IMG/VR virus record: IMGVR_UViG_3300046425_000466
Coordinates: 1 to 49,051 of that record
Length of the DNA stretch: 49,051 nucleotides
Origin: a virus
Lineage: Duplodnaviria > Caudoviricetes
Strand: one strand, 5' to 3'
Shown here: piece by piece, positions 36,880-45,884 of the stretch
Layout of the letters: every line of letters starts with the position of its first letter
How positions within the stretch are numbered: the first letter of the stretch is position 1
Made by a program: the position numbers and the translations under genes
Notes under the pieces: generated by a model
What the model saw: only the letters and a program-made list of their open reading frames with translations
Databases searched by the model: none
Told to the model about the DNA's origin: nothing

Positions 36880-37181
36880 TGCTCATTCCTCCCATCAAAA
36901 AATTGTATGGAATTACAGCACGATGCGGGATAGGCAACATTGCCGTCATCAAGCATCAATGTGATTCGTGAGCAATTTACTTCTTGACCACAAGAACAGA
37001 TTGCGGGGCATAGAGTTTCACTTGCAGGTAGGCATTCAATTACTTTCGCGGCTGTGCCATCGGGTTTCTCAAACATCATTTGGGTTGCGTGTATTCGTGA
37101 ATTGTTGAACGGTCTTCGCACAACTCCGTCGTCGCTGATGTCTTCATTGGTAATGAAATAGGTGTTCAAACGCTCTCCCAT
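36876..37181 (-). CDS. Hypothetical Cys-containing protein
   Basis: CPAICSCG..SCC; GGGTGA RBS. Confidence 0.6.
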   Translation of the reverse strand: MGERLNTYFITNEDISDDGVVRRPFNNSRIHATQMMFEKPDGTAAKVIECLPASETLCPAICSCGQEVNCSRITLMLDDGNVAYPASCCNSIQFFDGRNEQ

Positions 37182-37193
37182 GTTCACCCCGAA

Positions 37194-37211
37194 GGTGCGG
37201 AAGGTTATAAT
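37194..37211 (-). promoter_or_regulatory. TATA-box promoter (ATTATAACCTTCCGCACC)
   Basis: In a short intergenic gap about 25 nt upstream of ATG 37181; matches 34289-34305. Confidence 0.6.
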
Positions 37212-37212
37212 C

Positions 37213-37413
37213 TCATTCGCTGAAAGCGGGCATGAAAATCATACTTGTGTTCCACACACCACCGCATTCATCGCAATGAATATCCGTGTGGTCATACACT
37301 CCATCATGCGCGGTTCGCATGATAATCATGTCAGCCAACGCTTTGCATCCGTTCGGACACTTGGTTTTGAGTATGATTGCTTCAAGTTCTTCTGCGTCCA
37401 TGCTCGCACTCAT
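37213..37413 (-). CDS. Small zinc-ribbon protein
   Basis: CPNGC...HCDECGGVW. Confidence 0.6.
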   Translation of the reverse strand: MSASMDAEELEAIILKTKCPNGCKALADMIIMRTAHDGVYDHTDIHCDECGGVWNTSMIFMPAFSE

Positions 37414-37643
37414 TGTTCATCTCTCCCTAAGACTTCCGCGCGGGACATATCCTTATCTCCAAGAACCCAACGAAGTGCATTACACACCCCTTGCAATCCT
37501 TTGTAATCCCGCATTGGTTGTTCTTTCATGCGTGTAGGGATGCTCTTGTTGAGTATCGTCAGTTTGTGCTTATTCTTTTCCGCTTCTGCTTGGTTGAGCA
37601 TCTCTTCAATCTCATCCCATGATGCGCTGTAAGCAAATCTCAT
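37410..37643 (-). CDS. Hypothetical protein
   Basis: 77 aa; ATGA-coupled; LQGVCNALRWVLGD. Confidence 0.65.
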   Translation of the reverse strand: MRFAYSASWDEIEEMLNQAEAEKNKHKLTILNKSIPTRMKEQPMRDYKGLQGVCNALRWVLGDKDMSRAEVLGRDEQ

Positions 37644-38035
37644 TCTTCTTCGCCTCCCACTTCTTCACCACAGTCGTTGCATTTTGCGCCGGTCAAAGTA
37701 TCAGCATAGTCTTTGTGGTCGCAGTGAGGGTATTTCTCCGTGTTGAACGGCACACCATACTTCTCAATCTGCGCTTTGTATTTACCGTTGAAGTCGTTCA
37801 TGGCAAGAGCAAAGGCTGAATCAAACACATTGAGTTCGGGCTTGACAATGTGCTTCGGGTGTTCCTTGTTGCGCTTCAACAATTCTCTTCGCACTTCAAG
37901 CAAATGATACATTGCTTTGCGCACCTTTGTTGATGCGCAGAAGGCGAGTTTGCCTAACGCTTCGTCATCCATCCTCTTCAATGCTGTTTGGTTTCCTGTT
38001 CGGTCTGTTATCATGTAGGTTTCTGTTCTTGGCAT
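37640..38035 (-). CDS. Hypothetical protein with C-terminal Zn finger
   Basis: 131 aa; CDH...CNDCG. Confidence 0.65.
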   Translation of the reverse strand: MPRTETYMITDRTGNQTALKRMDDEALGKLAFCASTKVRKAMYHLLEVRRELLKRNKEHPKHIVKPELNVFDSAFALAMNDFNGKYKAQIEKYGVPFNTEKYPHCDHKDYADTLTGAKCNDCGEEVGGEEE

Positions 38036-38163
38036 TATTCTTCCTCCTTTATTGGTGCGTATGTTTGCAGTTCAAATCCCATGCACTTCTTGCATTTACG
38101 AAAGCCCGAAGGCGCGGGGTTTTTGCATGTGCGCACTGCACATTTCCTTTGTGTTAATCTCAT
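38035..38163 (-). CDS. Small C4 Zn-finger protein (42 aa, not in ORF track)
   Basis: MRLTQRKCAVRTCKNPAPSGFRKCKKCMG...; coupled on both sides. Confidence 0.6.
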   Translation of the reverse strand: MRLTQRKCAVRTCKNPAPSGFRKCKKCMGFELQTYAPIKEEE

Positions 38164-40109
38164 ATCATCACCATTTTACCGTCTTTCAACTTCTGCTTCA
38201 ACTCGTTCACGATTGCGTTTCTTTGACCGCTTGAACCATCAAGCATCTGCTTCACAAGTTCAGCCTTCGCTTCAACCACTTCGTCAAACATCGTATCAAT
38301 GGTGTTGTTTGCCGACAGTATAACTTGATGACAGGTTGCACTCTCTTGTGTCATACGACGAACACGCGCGGCGGCTTGTTGTTCCCAAGCCGGAACCCAC
38401 TCGCGCTCAACGAACAGTGTTGTGTTAGCATGGTCAAGATTGACTCCTTCCTTCATTGCCATTGTTGAGCAGATAAGGAAGTCCACGCTACCTTGTTGGA
38501 AGTGGAGTATGTTCTGTTCCCTATCGCTTTGTTTGGTGTCGCCACTGATGACTCTTGTTGATGGAAACTTGGCTCGCAACTTTGTCCACAATGATTCAAT
38601 GACATCTTTATGATGCGCAAAGATGACGAGAGGTTTGCCGTTCTGTTCAAAGTAATCGGTAGCCCACTTCACTGCCGCCTCCACCTTGAGTCGTCCTGCA
38701 ATGTGTCGCAACTCGGTCATCATGTTGAGAGCAAAGCCCGCGTCTGTTGAACCCCAATTGGATTGTTGCTTCTGCCATTCCTCCATCCAAGAGTTGTGTT
38801 CAACCTTGTATGCTTTCTCGGCTTCTTCGGGTAGGTCAATGCGCAAGACTGATTGAATCATACTCGGCATCTCTCCTGCAATCCGTGGGTCGTCCATAGA
38901 ACGACGCAACATGAAATCACGCAGTAGGTGATTCAATGGTGGCACTGTCGGGTCTGCGCTGTGTTCAATGTTGCTTGCACCGGACATGTCCCAACCAAAG
39001 TCTGTGCGACGCGCATTGCAATAACGCTGTGCGTAAGTCCAATAGTTGCTGAACATTGCGGGTAGCATCATGTTGAGTGATGTGAAAAACTCATTCGGTC
39101 TGTTGAGGATAGGTGTTCCCGACAAAGCAACGATACCGTCAAGGTTGTTAGCAATCTCAAGTGCCGCTTTCGTTCTTGCGGCTTTTTGATTCTTGATGGT
39201 ATGAACCTCGTCAAAGATGATACAGTCATAGCCTTGTGCTTTGAGTTGGTCTTTGCGCTTGGATAAGATGTCGTAGTTGATGATGTTGAAACGGACTCCT
39301 TCAATGTCGCCATTCCAACCGTTGATGATGAAGTAGTTTTCATTTAACCACTTGACAATCTCGTTCGCCCAATTGTGTTTCACGATTGCGGGGCAAACAA
39401 TGAGGATGCGTTCGTGTTCAGCCAACTGCACACATGCAAGTGCTTGAAGTGATTTACCAAGACCCATCTCATCAGCAATGAGAATACGGTTGCGCCCACC
39501 TGTGCGATACATGACGGGTGCAACTCGTTGATACGGTCGCAGATGTGGGAAGCAACCCCAATCATCGGGCAACTCAATGTCAGTATCAACTGCGCTTGAC
39601 AATTCAACTCGTTGAATGGTTGCGTCTTGCGCAGACTTGACATGAGGACTTTCATCAATCGCATCAGCAAGTGGTGCGTAGTGAGGACGAACAGCGTTCG
39701 CCACTGCCACGGCTGTGTTGATAGGAATAGACCACGACTTGTCGCCCTTGTTCCATCGTGCATTACCACCTGCGGCTTGCTTCATTGCTGTGTTGATGTC
39801 CTTGTAGTTTGATTGAAACGACCATCGCAATACCAACTTGTCGGGGTGTGCGAACTCCGCCGTTGCGTCTGTGCCAACATGACAATCATCCGTGTTCAAG
39901 CCCGGCACTTCTATATCGTGCATCATCAAGAAAGCAAGAGTCTTCTCAATCACTGCGGGTCTGTCTTGGATAGCCCATGCCGAGCCGTTCCACAACGCTT
40001 GCGGGAATGGCAAGTGAACCTTCAACTCTTGGCTAACAGCGAATGGTAGCCCTTTCAGTGATACGCGTCCGCCGTAGTTGTCTGTGTATCTTTCAAATGT
40101 GATGTTCAA
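38160..40109 (-). CDS. SNF2/SMARCAL1(HARP)-like SF2 helicase
   Basis: LRPYQ, IADEMGLGKS, FDEVH, LSGTP, MLRR, EGVNL, QAAARVRR; N-terminal ARWNKGDKSWSIP is HARP-like. Start inferred as TTG 40109 (TTGA overlap, GGGGGA RBS). Confidence 0.9.
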   Translation of the reverse strand: MNITFERYTDNYGGRVSLKGLPFAVSQELKVHLPFPQALWNGSAWAIQDRPAVIEKTLAFLMMHDIEVPGLNTDDCHVGTDATAEFAHPDKLVLRWSFQSNYKDINTAMKQAAGGNARWNKGDKSWSIPINTAVAVANAVRPHYAPLADAIDESPHVKSAQDATIQRVELSSAVDTDIELPDDWGCFPHLRPYQRVAPVMYRTGGRNRILIADEMGLGKSLQALACVQLAEHERILIVCPAIVKHNWANEIVKWLNENYFIINGWNGDIEGVRFNIINYDILSKRKDQLKAQGYDCIIFDEVHTIKNQKAARTKAALEIANNLDGIVALSGTPILNRPNEFFTSLNMMLPAMFSNYWTYAQRYCNARRTDFGWDMSGASNIEHSADPTVPPLNHLLRDFMLRRSMDDPRIAGEMPSMIQSVLRIDLPEEAEKAYKVEHNSWMEEWQKQQSNWGSTDAGFALNMMTELRHIAGRLKVEAAVKWATDYFEQNGKPLVIFAHHKDVIESLWTKLRAKFPSTRVISGDTKQSDREQNILHFQQGSVDFLICSTMAMKEGVNLDHANTTLFVEREWVPAWEQQAAARVRRMTQESATCHQVILSANNTIDTMFDEVVEAKAELVKQMLDGSSGQRNAIVNELKQKLKDGKMVMI

Positions 40110-40558
40110 AATCTGTCCCCCCTGTAATCGCTTTCGCCGCATGACACACAATCAAGCCACGCTTCTGTAAACGCGCCATCGTGTGTCATGTGTCGTTGGC
40201 TTCTTGATGTGGTATTGGTTGAACCGCACTTCGGACACTTCTTACCATCATACTCAATCGCCCCTGCGTCCAATGCAATCTTGAACAGTTTGTCGTATTC
40301 GTATTTGAGAAGTGCATAGGCTCGCGCCTGTTCGTTTGCGGTTGATAGTCTGCTTGCGATGAGAGTTATGTTCCCGTCTAATGCTTTCTGCAATTGCTCA
40401 CGGTTGAATGGCATCTCATGCCACCGTCCGCCATTCCTTATGCGGTAATTGATAATCTGTGAGTTATCTCTTTGGTGCTTCGTAATCGTTCCTTGTTGAA
40501 CCATCGCATCAAGTTCTGCGCGCGGCCATCTTGTCTTCTTGTTCATTTTGATTGTCAT
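40106..40558 (-). CDS. Protein with C-terminal TFS/TFIIS-like zinc ribbon
   Basis: CPKCGSTNTTSRSQRHMTHDGAFTEAWLDCVSCG. Confidence 0.55.
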   Translation of the reverse strand: MTIKMNKKTRWPRAELDAMVQQGTITKHQRDNSQIINYRIRNGGRWHEMPFNREQLQKALDGNITLIASRLSTANEQARAYALLKYEYDKLFKIALDAGAIEYDGKKCPKCGSTNTTSRSQRHMTHDGAFTEAWLDCVSCGESDYRGDRF

Positions 40559-40854
40559 TCTTCCTCGCCTCCAATGTATTCGGACACTTTCACAATGTCG
40601 CCGTTGTCGTCTTCAACTTCAAGTTCAACATTACAGTTCAAGCGAATCTTTACTCCGCTTGGGTGATGTAAGCCGATTCTGTTTGCCCTTGTTCCTTGAA
40701 TGTCAAGACTCACAAGAACCCAACCATCGTAGGGGTTGTTTTGGAAATCAACAATGCGTTTCAGTTTGTCTGCTCGCATCGCCATCGCTTGCGCTTCGGC
40801 CATCATCTGTGCTTGTTTCTGTATCAGTTTTTCAATTGCTTCTTGCGGATTCAT
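40555..40854 (-). CDS. Hypothetical protein
   Basis: ATGA-coupled start MNPQE; coiled-coil N-terminus. Confidence 0.6.
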   Translation of the reverse strand: MNPQEAIEKLIQKQAQMMAEAQAMAMRADKLKRIVDFQNNPYDGWVLVSLDIQGTRANRIGLHHPSGVKIRLNCNVELEVEDDNGDIVKVSEYIGGEEE

Positions 40855-41411
40855 TCTTTCATCTCCAATGTAAAGTCGGGGTTCCACCACGCGGGCGGTT
40901 TTCTGCCTTTGCCCCACACTGCAAAGCGTTTCTTGTCAAGCATGTAAAAAGCGCGGTAGGCGAGAACGCCGTTCGGCCACTGCTCTTCATCATGCAGGAT
41001 TGGGTATTCTTCTTTGTTGATTGCGCGAGCAATAGGCGTGAGTTCGCCGTGAGGTATGTAGTCAATCAAACCACACATGTGCTGAATTGGTTTCTTACAT
41101 GCATGTTCCTTTCTGTCAGTCTTGGTTGAGTATCGCAACTCGTATTCGTATGCGAGTGCAAGACCATGCAGACATAACCAACGGTAGTTTCCACTTGTGT
41201 CGCCCGCCCAAATAGTTGAGGGGTGATTGGGATAGCCACCGCGATACGGAGTGCCACCCTTTGTAAGTGGCAACTTACTTGAGGGACAGCCATGACGAAT
41301 CAACGCAGACGATAGCATCTGCGCACTCTCAATGGTCATCTTGCTCAAGTGTTTGTCGCATAGACTGTGCGCGGCAATGACAGGGTTTCTGTGAACGAAG
41401 AAGATGTTCAT
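40851..41411 (-). CDS. Pyrimidine dimer DNA glycosylase (DenV/Pyr_excise-like family)
   Basis: MNIF..P..AA..LCDKH..KM.IESAQMLS, NHPSTIWA..NY.WL..H..AL..EY..RY, AYRAFY. Confidence 0.8.
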   Translation of the reverse strand: MNIFFVHRNPVIAAHSLCDKHLSKMTIESAQMLSSALIRHGCPSSKLPLTKGGTPYRGGYPNHPSTIWAGDTSGNYRWLCLHGLALAYEYELRYSTKTDRKEHACKKPIQHMCGLIDYIPHGELTPIARAINKEEYPILHDEEQWPNGVLAYRAFYMLDKKRFAVWGKGRKPPAWWNPDFTLEMKE

Positions 41412-41509
41412 GAATTGTTCACCTCGTTCTCCAACTCCGCGATTCTCTTTTCAAGTTGCTTGATTCGTTCTTTCAATTTCATTTCACTGATGTTTGTTTG
41501 TCTGTTCAT
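41408..41509 (-). CDS. Tiny coiled-coil ORF (33 aa)
   Basis: MNRQTNISEMKLKERIKQLEKRIAELENEVNNS*; ATGA-coupled on both sides. Confidence 0.45.
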   Translation of the reverse strand: MNRQTNISEMKLKERIKQLEKRIAELENEVNNS

Positions 41510-41865
41510 TCTTCCTCATCTCCTTTCTTTTCTGCTTGGCGCGCTTCCCACCATGCGTTGCCTTCGTTAGCAATGTTGAGTTGTGCTGAATCAACCAATT
41601 GATGATTACCAAAGTCAAGCGGAGGGAGTTGTCCTCCGATGATACCTCCATGCTCTTTGATGAGTTCCATTAGAGTTTCGGCACTCATCCAAGTGTGAAG
41701 TTTGTCCGTCTTGTTGTAGCCTTCGGGGTCGTTTGGTTTGTCAATCAATACCTCAACCGCGCTGTATGCAAAAGCACCATCGCTCTTCGGTGAGCAGTAG
41801 TGTGTGCTTGATGCTTGAACGCTGATGACTGTTCCATCGGTGCATAGAATAGGTTTGCGCATCAT
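41506..41865 (-). CDS. Phage-type hypothetical protein
   Basis: ILCTDGTVISVQASSTHYCSP..YSAVEV..LIKEHGGI; GGAGGTG RBS. Confidence 0.7.
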   Translation of the reverse strand: MMRKPILCTDGTVISVQASSTHYCSPKSDGAFAYSAVEVLIDKPNDPEGYNKTDKLHTWMSAETLMELIKEHGGIIGGQLPPLDFGNHQLVDSAQLNIANEGNAWWEARQAEKKGDEEE

Positions 41866-42437
41866 TGTTGCACCTCCTTCTTCTTTGCGTCCCATACTTT
41901 CCAAGCCGCATTGATTTTCTCATGAGCAATAGCCTCACCTTTCAAAGCCGAATCAATCCAATCTTCATCGCGGATAAATCCTTCGTGAATGAGTTGGTCT
42001 TCAATGGACTTCCAACCCGGCTTCCATGCCGCGAGGTGAATACCTTTCTTCACACTGCACTTGACGATGTAAATGTATTCTTCTCCACAATCTCTCGTTC
42101 CTGCGGGGTAAAGATAGATACCACCACAGTGATTGCCTTCTTGAAGCGGGGAATCCATGAGTCCGGTGTCGGGATTGAATACGCGGTTGTTCATGTCGCG
42201 GTTCTCAATTTGACTCTTCATGTGCATGATGGTTTGCGCTGATAGACAAGACATACCATTGGCTGTCCTCTTGACATAATCATCGCCCTTGATACCATTG
42301 ACAACTCTATCAAACGAAAGAAGGTAGTCGTGTAGTTTCCTTCCGTAGTATTCAATGTAGCCATCGTATTGACGATACATGACAACAACTTCTTTTCCTT
42401 GCTCATCAACAAATACTGTTAGACTTCGCGTTCCCAT
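41862..42437 (-). CDS. Phage-type hypothetical protein
   Basis: MGTRS..MYRQYDGY..GRKL..NGMSCL..EEYIY; GAGGTGG RBS. Confidence 0.7.
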   Translation of the reverse strand: MGTRSLTVFVDEQGKEVVVMYRQYDGYIEYYGRKLHDYLLSFDRVVNGIKGDDYVKRTANGMSCLSAQTIMHMKSQIENRDMNNRVFNPDTGLMDSPLQEGNHCGGIYLYPAGTRDCGEEYIYIVKCSVKKGIHLAAWKPGWKSIEDQLIHEGFIRDEDWIDSALKGEAIAHEKINAAWKVWDAKKKEVQQ

Positions 42438-42438
42438 T

Positions 42439-42792
42439 TCAAACCACCTCGTAAGATGTAGTGATAACAAACTTGACATGCTCGCGGCATTCAACATCAC
42501 TTGGGTCTTCACCGATACGAACAAAGTCGTAAGGAATCTTTGCACCTTGAAGCATCTTAAACATCGCCTCGTATGCTTGAATGTCCTTGTAAGAATCATA
42601 CCACTTCCAAGACTCAAACTCAAGAATGATGCCATCAATGATACCATGATTGTCTGTGTCTGCGTCGCTGTGAACGAAAGTAAAACTGTCGTTCTCAATG
42701 TCGCGCTGAATCAATTGGTTCTGCTCATCACTGATTGCGTCTAATGCTTGTTGGCTGAACCACATTGCGCCACTGCTTCTATATCCCATCAT
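42439..42792 (-). CDS. Phage-type hypothetical protein
   Basis: MGYRS..KWYDSY.DI..FVRIGED..D. Confidence 0.7.
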   Translation of the reverse strand: MMGYRSSGAMWFSQQALDAISDEQNQLIQRDIENDSFTFVHSDADTDNHGIIDGIILEFESWKWYDSYKDIQAYEAMFKMLQGAKIPYDFVRIGEDPSDVECREHVKFVITTSYEVV

Positions 42793-43247
42793 TCATCACC
42801 GTCCGTTTGTGGTGGTGCTTCGTCTTCTAAGACAGCAAAGAGCGCATCTCGCGCGTCCTCTCCTGCTTGAATACCTGCTTTGCTTTCTGCTGTTCGGAAG
42901 CGGTTCTCACCACAACTAACCCAAACCCAATAGGTTGACCGCCGAAGACTGACATAGAGTTGTCCTTCTTTCTCCCAATGCTTGCTCGGCTGTGTTGGTT
43001 CTTGTTGGAAGTGTTCTCGCATCCACTTTCTGCATTGCGTCTTGTTGATGATAAGAGAAGGCGCGCCCCAACCACCGCTAATGCGGATAAGGTCTGTGCG
43101 TTCCTTCTTCCCGTTCCAATCTGTCTTCGGGAACTTTGCATTGTGTCGCAAGTCCACCTCCAATTCATGTAGCGCATCGCTGATGTTATACACTTCTGTC
43201 TTTCGTTCTTCATGCTCATGTTTTTCTTGTTCTTGTTTTGTTTCCAT
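42789..43247 (-). CDS. Hypothetical protein
   Basis: GGAGTGA RBS before METKQ. Confidence 0.6.
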   Translation of the reverse strand: METKQEQEKHEHEERKTEVYNISDALHELEVDLRHNAKFPKTDWNGKKERTDLIRISGGWGAPSLIINKTQCRKWMREHFQQEPTQPSKHWEKEGQLYVSLRRSTYWVWVSCGENRFRTAESKAGIQAGEDARDALFAVLEDEAPPQTDGDE

Positions 43248-43252
43248 AGGTA

Positions 43253-43807
43253 TCACTCCTCTTCTCCCAAATAGCAACAGTCCCCGACCGCGCCTTGAGT
43301 ATTACTCCAAATGATTTCTGCATCAAGTTTCCACTCTCCGCATTCATCGCATTCTCGGTAGCCATAGTTGTCGTCTTCAATCTCCCCGTCAATCGTCAAA
43401 CGAATATGCGGGTGATTGTGTGTGTCAATGTCAAAGACAGGACGGAATTGTGAATCAACAACGGCATGACAACCATGATTGCCAACGCTCGTTCCAATGA
43501 GTCCTTTGCATAGACCAATCGGCATAACGCTCAACCATCCTGCGTCAACACAAAGGCCACCTTGAATATGAACGCTACCATCTCCGCCAAGTCCACTATT
43601 GTAAACATAGACGCGGTTGGTTCTTTCATCACCGTCTTCATCAATCCATTCCCAATTGAATGAGAGTCCATCTCCTTCAAACGGGTCGCTGTCGCCATAT
43701 CCTTCGCGTTTGAGTTCTTTCTCTTTCGCATGTGCGGTTTCAACAAACTCTTGCCATCGTTCGTCTTCAATCGCGTAGCATGGGTCGCCAATATACCAAA
43801 CGCTCAT
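43253..43807 (-). CDS. Phage-type hypothetical protein
   Basis: YIGDPCY..GDG..VDAG; C-terminal CDECG. Confidence 0.7.
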   Translation of the reverse strand: MSVWYIGDPCYAIEDERWQEFVETAHAKEKELKREGYGDSDPFEGDGLSFNWEWIDEDGDERTNRVYVYNSGLGGDGSVHIQGGLCVDAGWLSVMPIGLCKGLIGTSVGNHGCHAVVDSQFRPVFDIDTHNHPHIRLTIDGEIEDDNYGYRECDECGEWKLDAEIIWSNTQGAVGDCCYLGEEE

Positions 43808-44142
43808 TCGTCATCACTACTCCAATAAGGGTCAAGTCTGTCATTGGGTATCATATCCCAACTGTCTTTCATTGAATGTTCAAACGCTACTGTATCAGTA
43901 AAGTCGGGATTCTTCAAGAGCAACAACGGCGTATGCCAATTGTTATCTTCTTGCGCTTGCTTGATTGCCTCGTTCATCTGTTCTGCTTTGTCATCGGGTA
44001 GTTCAACCCAATATACCATAGCGTGTCGTTGTCGGTTTAGTTGCGCTCTCATTGTTAGAGTGAAGGGTGCTTTAGCCATCCCTTCACATTCCATGAAAGA
44101 CTCAAGCCCATGCGCATCTGCAATGCCACAGTATGTCTTCAT
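43804..44142 (-). CDS. Hypothetical protein
   Basis: 112 aa; ATGA-coupled. Confidence 0.7.
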   Translation of the reverse strand: MKTYCGIADAHGLESFMECEGMAKAPFTLTMRAQLNRQRHAMVYWVELPDDKAEQMNEAIKQAQEDNNWHTPLLLLKNPDFTDTVAFEHSMKDSWDMIPNDRLDPYWSSDDE

Positions 44143-44699
44143 TCAAAGTCCCCCGTAATTGGATTGAATGTCATAGGCGCGTCATTCATAGGTGGTGGTG
44201 TGTCATCCCAAATGTCTGCGGGAGGATTGAACAACACTGCATCAGTGTTCTTTTGTCCTTCCGGTGCTACTCGCGGTGCAACGATGAAATACCATTCTTC
44301 GTTTGTCGTGATAACAATAGGTGCATCCACTTTCACATTCGTCATCTTGAAGAAATGAATCACATCGCTTGCTCTTTGGTAGTGCTTGAGGTAATCAAAC
44401 AAAATCCGCGAATCGTATGAAACCCCATCAATCCTCATGATAGCGTAAGTCCTCGGTGATGTTTTCGCATCACGAATCTTTCGCGTCAATGTCTGTGATG
44501 ATTCTTCACCAAGCGGAATCCAATTGTTCTTCGCAATCAATCCATTAACCAAACCTGTGAATCGCTTTGCGCGGTCATCTGCGAACATGTTGTCCATGTT
44601 GTAAGGTGCAAGACCGTTCGTATGCGAAGGGTCAATGAAGCAACCACCGTCTTGTGTTTCGTTCCATATTTTCAGTATTTTCTCTTTGATTAATCTCAT
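44139..44699 (-). CDS. Hypothetical protein with DTPPPM and TFNPITGDFE tail
   Basis: 186 aa; ATGA-coupled. Confidence 0.7.
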   Translation of the reverse strand: MRLIKEKILKIWNETQDGGCFIDPSHTNGLAPYNMDNMFADDRAKRFTGLVNGLIAKNNWIPLGEESSQTLTRKIRDAKTSPRTYAIMRIDGVSYDSRILFDYLKHYQRASDVIHFFKMTNVKVDAPIVITTNEEWYFIVAPRVAPEGQKNTDAVLFNPPADIWDDTPPPMNDAPMTFNPITGDFE

Positions 44700-44728
44700 T
44701 CAAACTCCCCCGTCAATATATTGAATGT
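44139..44728. repeat. 33-nt imperfect direct repeat at consecutive gene ends
   Basis: 44139-44171 vs 44696-44728, 28/33 identical. Confidence 0.7.
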
Positions 44729-45019
44729 TGGCTCTTCATCTTCTTCATCCGCGTGATTCAAGAATGAAGGATGAACCTTCCACTCATTAAATCCAACGCG
44801 AACCTTGACATTCTGCTTCATGACTTTCGTGATGACACCATCAATTCGCTTACCACTTTTCTTCTTGCTTATCCAATAGACTTCATCGCCCACATTGAAT
44901 GCGGACTTCTCGTTTTGGGTTAGCGTATGGCCGACATGCTTGAGAATATCATAGCACTCATTCAGTTCTGCGCGAGTTGTAATACCAATCAGTTGTAGTT
45001 TCAAATCGTTGCTTATCAT
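44696..45019 (-). CDS. Small SH3/KOW-like beta-barrel protein
   Basis: FNVGDEVYW..GVITKV..NVKV..WKVHPSFL. Confidence 0.6.
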   Translation of the reverse strand: MISNDLKLQLIGITTRAELNECYDILKHVGHTLTQNEKSAFNVGDEVYWISKKKSGKRIDGVITKVMKQNVKVRVGFNEWKVHPSFLNHADEEDEEPTFNILTGEFE

Positions 45020-45363
45020 TCGCTCACCCCGTTAAGATGTTCGTTGATGACCTCAATGATGTCTGCATCAACCTCGCAGAAGCGATAGCCTGTGCCGTCA
45101 TCACCCGAAGGTTCAGCCGCGTTCTCCACGACATCTTCCAACAGTGCTTTTTGTTTGCCGATGGTATCGGTGAAAAAGGCACTATCGGCATTTGGTGCAT
45201 AGAGAAGTGATTGCATATACTGTGTCTGTTCGCCCTTGATGTTGTGCTTCACTTGCTTTGCGTGAATGCCACCAATAGGAGTGTAGCCGAGCGCGATACA
45301 ATTCGCGATTCGCTGTTCCATGTCTGTGATGTTATCTGCTGTGATGCATTGATACAGTTTCAT
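45016..45363 (-). CDS. DUF1737-like protein
   Basis: YQCITA..MEQRIANCIALGYTPIGGI..YMQSL. Confidence 0.55.
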   Translation of the reverse strand: MKLYQCITADNITDMEQRIANCIALGYTPIGGIHAKQVKHNIKGEQTQYMQSLLYAPNADSAFFTDTIGKQKALLEDVVENAAEPSGDDGTGYRFCEVDADIIEVINEHLNGVSE

Positions 45364-45884
45364 TGTGAATCACCGTCCGGTTTCCAACCATTGTTGCGTC
45401 CCTCGGAAACAGCCAAGTTAAACTCGGCCAAGTCCTTCGCGTCTGCCCTGCTGACATCTCCCCACTCGGCTCGCTGAAACCGATAGAAGTTGTCGGGGTT
45501 CATTGTAAATGGCACAAGCAAAATCATCTCGCCTGTTTCAACATCAAGTGTCTGCGCTGTCTTACCCGACTCACAAGGGATAGCCTTGAGGCTACCACGA
45601 TGGCCTGTCATGTTGAGGTCGCGAGCAATCCACTTCCAACCCCAACCATCCCTGCATTGATGACTGTTCGTGTTGTGGTTCACACAACCGCAATCACCAA
45701 TCAAAGTGACGCGAGGCAAACCTGTGTCATCGGGTGGGTAGTTTACAACAGCAGTAGCCCTGTTGATGTCGCCTTGCTGACTTGCGAGCAAGTCATAGCA
45801 TGGCTCACCAAAGGCTTCTTCAATTGCTACCTTTCGTTCTTCTTCATTCATTCCTGTCAATATCGTTCTGTTTGTTTCTCTCAT
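45360..45884 (-). CDS. Hypothetical protein
   Basis: 174 aa; ATGA-coupled. Confidence 0.65.
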   Translation of the reverse strand: MRETNRTILTGMNEEERKVAIEEAFGEPCYDLLASQQGDINRATAVVNYPPDDTGLPRVTLIGDCGCVNHNTNSHQCRDGWGWKWIARDLNMTGHRGSLKAIPCESGKTAQTLDVETGEMILLVPFTMNPDNFYRFQRAEWGDVSRADAKDLAEFNLAVSEGRNNGWKPDGDSQ

